In this document: positions 16,162 to 19,240 of the stretch, piece after piece
Layout of the letters: every line of letters begins with the position of its first letter
Position numbering within the stretch: the first letter of the stretch is position 1
From: Deferribacterales bacterium
GTDB taxonomy: Bacteria > Chrysiogenota > Deferribacteres > Deferribacterales > Geovibrionaceae
Reading direction: 5' to 3'
DNA: 19,240 nucleotides
Assembly (NCBI GenBank): GCA_050253335.1
Contig: JBFWJG010000044.1
Coordinates: 1 to 19,240, forward strand
Program-made: the position numbers and the translations under genes
The notes under the pieces: generated by a model
What the model was told of the DNA's origin: nothing
What the model saw: only the letters and a program-made list of their open reading frames with translations
Databases searched by the model: none

Positions 16162-17967
16162 TTAGTGTCCGCCAGTGGCTTCGCCGGCGCCCTTGGGGAT
16201 ACGTACGTTTTCAACCATCTCTGCTATGTGCTCGGGAACAGGTGTGGTCATGTTTTTCACAGCGAAAGCCACTGCGAAGTTGATAACCGCGCCTATTGCG
16301 CCGAAGGCGTTGGGAGATATTCCGAAGAAGAAGTCCTTGCCGCCGAACAGAGCGTAGTATTCAGTTCCTTTGATGTAGAATATTCCTGTGTGAGCGAAAA
16401 CATAGAACATAGTGGCGAAGAGACCTGCAAGCATGCCCGCTATGGCGCCCTGTTTGTTCATTGTTTTGCTGAATATTCCCATCATAAGTGCAGGGAAGAT
16501 AGAGGAGGCCGCAAGACCGAACGCTATCGCCACCGTACCTGCCGCGAAGTCGGGCGGGTTCATGCCGAGGTAGCCTGCGCCTACGATTGCAGCAGCCATG
16601 GCTATACGTCCTGCCATAAGTTCGCCTTTCTCACTGAGATCCTTCATGAACATGTTTTTCAGAAGGTCATGTGAAACCGCGGATGATATCGCAAGAAGGA
16701 GACCTGCCGCAGTTGAAAGAGCCGCCGCAAGACCGCCTGCCGCCACAAGTGCTATAACCCAGTTAGGAAGCCTTGCGATTTCGGGGTTTGCGAGAACCAT
16801 AATATCCACGTTAACTCCGAGCTCATTGCCCTGCCAGCCTGCTGCTTCGGCTTTGGAGAGGAACTCGGCGTCTTTTGATTTGTCGTTGTAGTACTGGATG
16901 CGGCCGTCAGCGTTTTTGTCTTCAAATTTAAGAAGGCCTGTGACTTCCCAGCGCTTGAACCAGTCGGGACGGTTGTCATAGGCAATGCTTGATTCTTCGG
17001 CAAAAACATCTCCGCCGGACTGAACAGCAGTGTTGATTGTGGCGTGAAGGTTAAGGCGAGCCATAGCTGCAATTGCGGGAGCAGTTGTGTAGAGGATCGC
17101 GATGAAAACCAGCGCCCAGCCTGCTGAGGAACGGGCATCTTTAACTTTGGGAACCGTGAAGAAGCGGATGATAACGTGCGGTAGACCCGCAGTACCTATC
17201 ATCAGCGACACAGTGTAAACAAACATGTTCAGCCTGTCGCCGGGCAGTGCCGTGGTGTACTTCCCGAAGCCGAGGTCATTGACTATCTGATCCAGTTTTT
17301 CAAGCATGTGCATGTCTGAGCCGCTGAAAGTTGAGCCGAGACCAAGCTGGGGAATCGGGTTGCCGGTAAGCTGGAATGATATGAAAATTGCGGGGACAGT
17401 GTACGCAAGGATCAGAACACAGTACTGAGCAACCTGAGTATAGGTAATGCCTTTCATGCCTCCGAAAACCGCGTAAACGAAAACTATCGCCATACCGATT
17501 ATAACGCCCATGTTGTTTGACACGCCGAGGAAACGGGAAAATGCCACGCCGACGCCGGTCATCTGACCGATGATGTACGTGGTTGAAGCTACCAGAAGAC
17601 AAATTACCGCCACAATTGTAGCTGTGTCGGAATAGAAACGTGCTTTGAAGAAATCAGGTACTGTGAATTTTCCGAATTTTCTCAGATAAGGTGCCAGAAG
17701 CATGGCGAGGAGAACGTAGCCCCCAGTCCAGCCCATAAGGAACAGTGCACCGCCGTAACCCATATAGCCGATCATACCGGCCATTGAGATGAAGGAAGCC
17801 GCAGACATCCAGTCCGCTCCGGTTGCCATACCGTTCATGATGGGGTGAACACCGCCGCCCGCTACATAAAACTCTTTTGTGCTGCCCGCACGCGCCCAGA
17901 AGGCGATACCTATGTACAGAGCAAATGTTAAACCAACTACCAGATAAGTCGTTGCCTGTAAACTCAT
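16162..17967 (-). CDS. actP: Sodium:solute symporter, ActP-like cation/acetate symporter (VC_2705-type)
   Basis: GMATGADWMSAASF, APYLRKFGKFTVPDF, GGMKGITYTQV, GTAGLPH..RFFT, AAALSTAAGLL; preceded by a DUF4212 gene. Substrate is inferred. Confidence 0.85.
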   Translation of the reverse strand: MSLQATTYLVVGLTFALYIGIAFWARAGSTKEFYVAGGGVHPIMNGMATGADWMSAASFISMAGMIGYMGYGGALFLMGWTGGYVLLAMLLAPYLRKFGKFTVPDFFKARFYSDTATIVAVICLLVASTTYIIGQMTGVGVAFSRFLGVSNNMGVIIGMAIVFVYAVFGGMKGITYTQVAQYCVLILAYTVPAIFISFQLTGNPIPQLGLGSTFSGSDMHMLEKLDQIVNDLGFGKYTTALPGDRLNMFVYTVSLMIGTAGLPHVIIRFFTVPKVKDARSSAGWALVFIAILYTTAPAIAAMARLNLHATINTAVQSGGDVFAEESSIAYDNRPDWFKRWEVTGLLKFEDKNADGRIQYYNDKSKDAEFLSKAEAAGWQGNELGVNVDIMVLANPEIARLPNWVIALVAAGGLAAALSTAAGLLLAISSAVSHDLLKNMFMKDLSEKGELMAGRIAMAAAIVGAGYLGMNPPDFAAGTVAIAFGLAASSIFPALMMGIFSKTMNKQGAIAGMLAGLFATMFYVFAHTGIFYIKGTEYYALFGGKDFFFGISPNAFGAIGAVINFAVAFAVKNMTTPVPEHIAEMVENVRIPKGAGEATGGH

Positions 17968-17977
17968 TATCCCCTCC

Positions 17978-18232
17978 TTACTTCTCTGCTACATCAAATT
18001 CTTCGTCGATTTTACCCATCAGCTTCACATAAATGAAGATGAGAGCGACAAAGATATAGATGGAGCCCTGCTGAGCAAACCAGAAACCGAGAGGGTAACC
18101 GCCCACTTTGATTTTATCCAGCGCGCTTGCGAACATAATTCCTGCTCCGTAAGAGCATAAAAACCATACTATCAGGACGTTGCGAATAAGTCCTAATACC
18201 TTTTTCCAGTAAAGCTCATGTGACTTTTCCAT
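17978..18232 (-). CDS. DUF4212-type small membrane subunit of the SSS transporter
   Basis: Two TM segments with GYPLGFWFAQQGSI; immediately upstream of the symporter; SD GAGGTG. Confidence 0.9.
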   Translation of the reverse strand: MEKSHELYWKKVLGLIRNVLIVWFLCSYGAGIMFASALDKIKVGGYPLGFWFAQQGSIYIFVALIFIYVKLMGKIDEEFDVAEK

Positions 18233-18366
18233 AAAAACAACACCTCACTAGGTTATTTCTTTTACTGCTTTTGGTCTTCGGTTTTTTTTCGCCTGCTGCC
18301 TCCTTATTCTCTGTGAAATTCAGAGTTAATATATAAGCTTATAATTAACCTTATTTTCATGTTCAG

Positions 18367-18395
18367 ATAATAGTAAACCGTTTTAAAATTGTCAA
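18367..18395 (-). promoter_or_regulatory. Near-consensus sigma70 promoter of the DUF4212-actP operon
   Basis: TTGACA (18395-18390), 17-nt spacer, TATTAT (18372-18367). Confidence 0.7.
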
Positions 18396-18995
18396 CACTA
18401 AAAAATCCAGTATTATATGTGGTTTGTGTGCAGTATACAATCTTACCACTTCTAAGTTGCGGTAAAAACAAAGTATTGAACCATTTGCGTCAGTTAGATC
18501 TTTCCGGAAAAAAAGTTTATAAGAGGCGAAAATAAATGTTAATACGGCCTGAAGGATATTTATTTTCCATAGACTTGAAATTTTAGATAATACATCATTC
18601 ATAAGGGATTTACCTTTATTTTAAATACATCATTACACTTGTTAACTGTGCTAAAAATGTATTTAACATTAAAACCTGCATATATATAAAATCCATCTGT
18701 CGCAGGAGTTTGGTTTTGTTTTCCTACAGTATCAAACTTTAATATCTTATATAAATAAAACTATGTTCTTGAATTCTCCGAAAGCTTGTCCGGAGGGTTT
18801 TTCAGTGTTCGAAAAGCTGATCAGATCAAAGGGCTTGCGCCGGAGGGAATAATGATGAAGGCATACGCTGGCTGTGTGAATGGATTATTTAAATTATTTT
18901 ACCACTGAAATGTCGATCAGAAGTAAAAAAATAAACAAATTCTTATTCGGATTTGGGAGAGGGCAGGGGCGGGCGAGCTGAAAGCTATGGCAGAT

Positions 18996-19031
18996 AAAAG
19001 AAAAGCCCCCCGCGCTTTCAACACGGAGGGC
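18996..19031 (-). terminator. Intrinsic terminator of the last (partial) gene
   Basis: Minus strand reads GCCCTCCGTG-ttgaaag-CGCGGGGGGC (10 pairs, 2 G-U) followed by TTTTCTTTT. Confidence 0.8.
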
Positions 19032-19039
19032 TCGTTTTT

Positions 19040-19240
19040 TTATTTATCTTTTTTGGTAAGCAGAAGTCTTATTGAGCCTTTGATAGGCTGAAAAAAGAAG
19101 TCGGGCGTTTCTGCGGATGTCTGCCCCTGTTTAACAAAGGTATCCTCTTCCGCAGGCATGAATTCGTAAGCTATTATAAGCTCCTTTTCATCCTTTGAGG
19201 GTACATAGAACTCAAAAGCCTTGTGACTGAGCATCTTTAT
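19040..19240 (-). CDS. C-terminal end of a hypothetical protein, 5'-truncated by the window
   Basis: Frame open to the window edge; stop at 19040 is followed directly by a terminator. Confidence 0.65.
   Translation of the reverse strand: MKMLSHKAFEFYVPSKDEKELIIAYEFMPAEEDTFVKQGQTSAETPDFFFQPIKGSIRLLLTKKDK

Noticed and set aside
18363..18602. 79-aa minus-strand ORF upstream of DUF4212
   Set aside because: Very AT-rich, no clear SD, no family resemblance, and it runs across the predicted promoter.
1..19240. CRISPR array, tRNA/rRNA, IS elements or REP family
   Set aside because: No regularly spaced repeats, cloverleaf or transposase seen. The intergenic hairpins differ in sequence from one another.

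Overview
Bacterial chromosomal window of about 50% GC with AT-rich spacers. The gene set (IscS/IscU/Nfu, TAXI-TRAP, ActP-like SSS transporter, DUF294) fits an anaerobe; Deferribacterales-like is only my impression. I see no mobile element, CRISPR array, rRNA or tRNA. In order: partial hypothetical CDS, iscS-like/iscU/nfu (+); long-chain acyl-CoA ligase and Usp (+); TAXI SBP, TRAP 4TM/12TM permease and class I aminotransferase (-); PilZ protein and mtnA (+); then a minus-strand acetate-type cluster of DUF4212, ActP-like symporter, small membrane protein, cNMP-CBS-DUF294 nucleotidyltransferase, Acs-like protein and CBS protein; finally an 800-bp intergenic region and a partial CDS. The two main observations are full-length enzyme homologues that have lost catalytic residues. 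(1) The Acs homologue has a degenerate ATP-binding P-loop and Val in place of the catalytic/acetylated Lys. It sits between an intact GlnD-like nucleotidyltransferase and a CBS protein, a candidate pseudoenzyme-based regulatory module for acetate uptake. (2) The IscS homologue lacks the PLP Schiff-base Lys and the substrate Arg but keeps its Cys, resembling the desulfurase-deficient Archaeoglobus IscS. All comparisons to reference proteins are from recalled motifs, not alignments.
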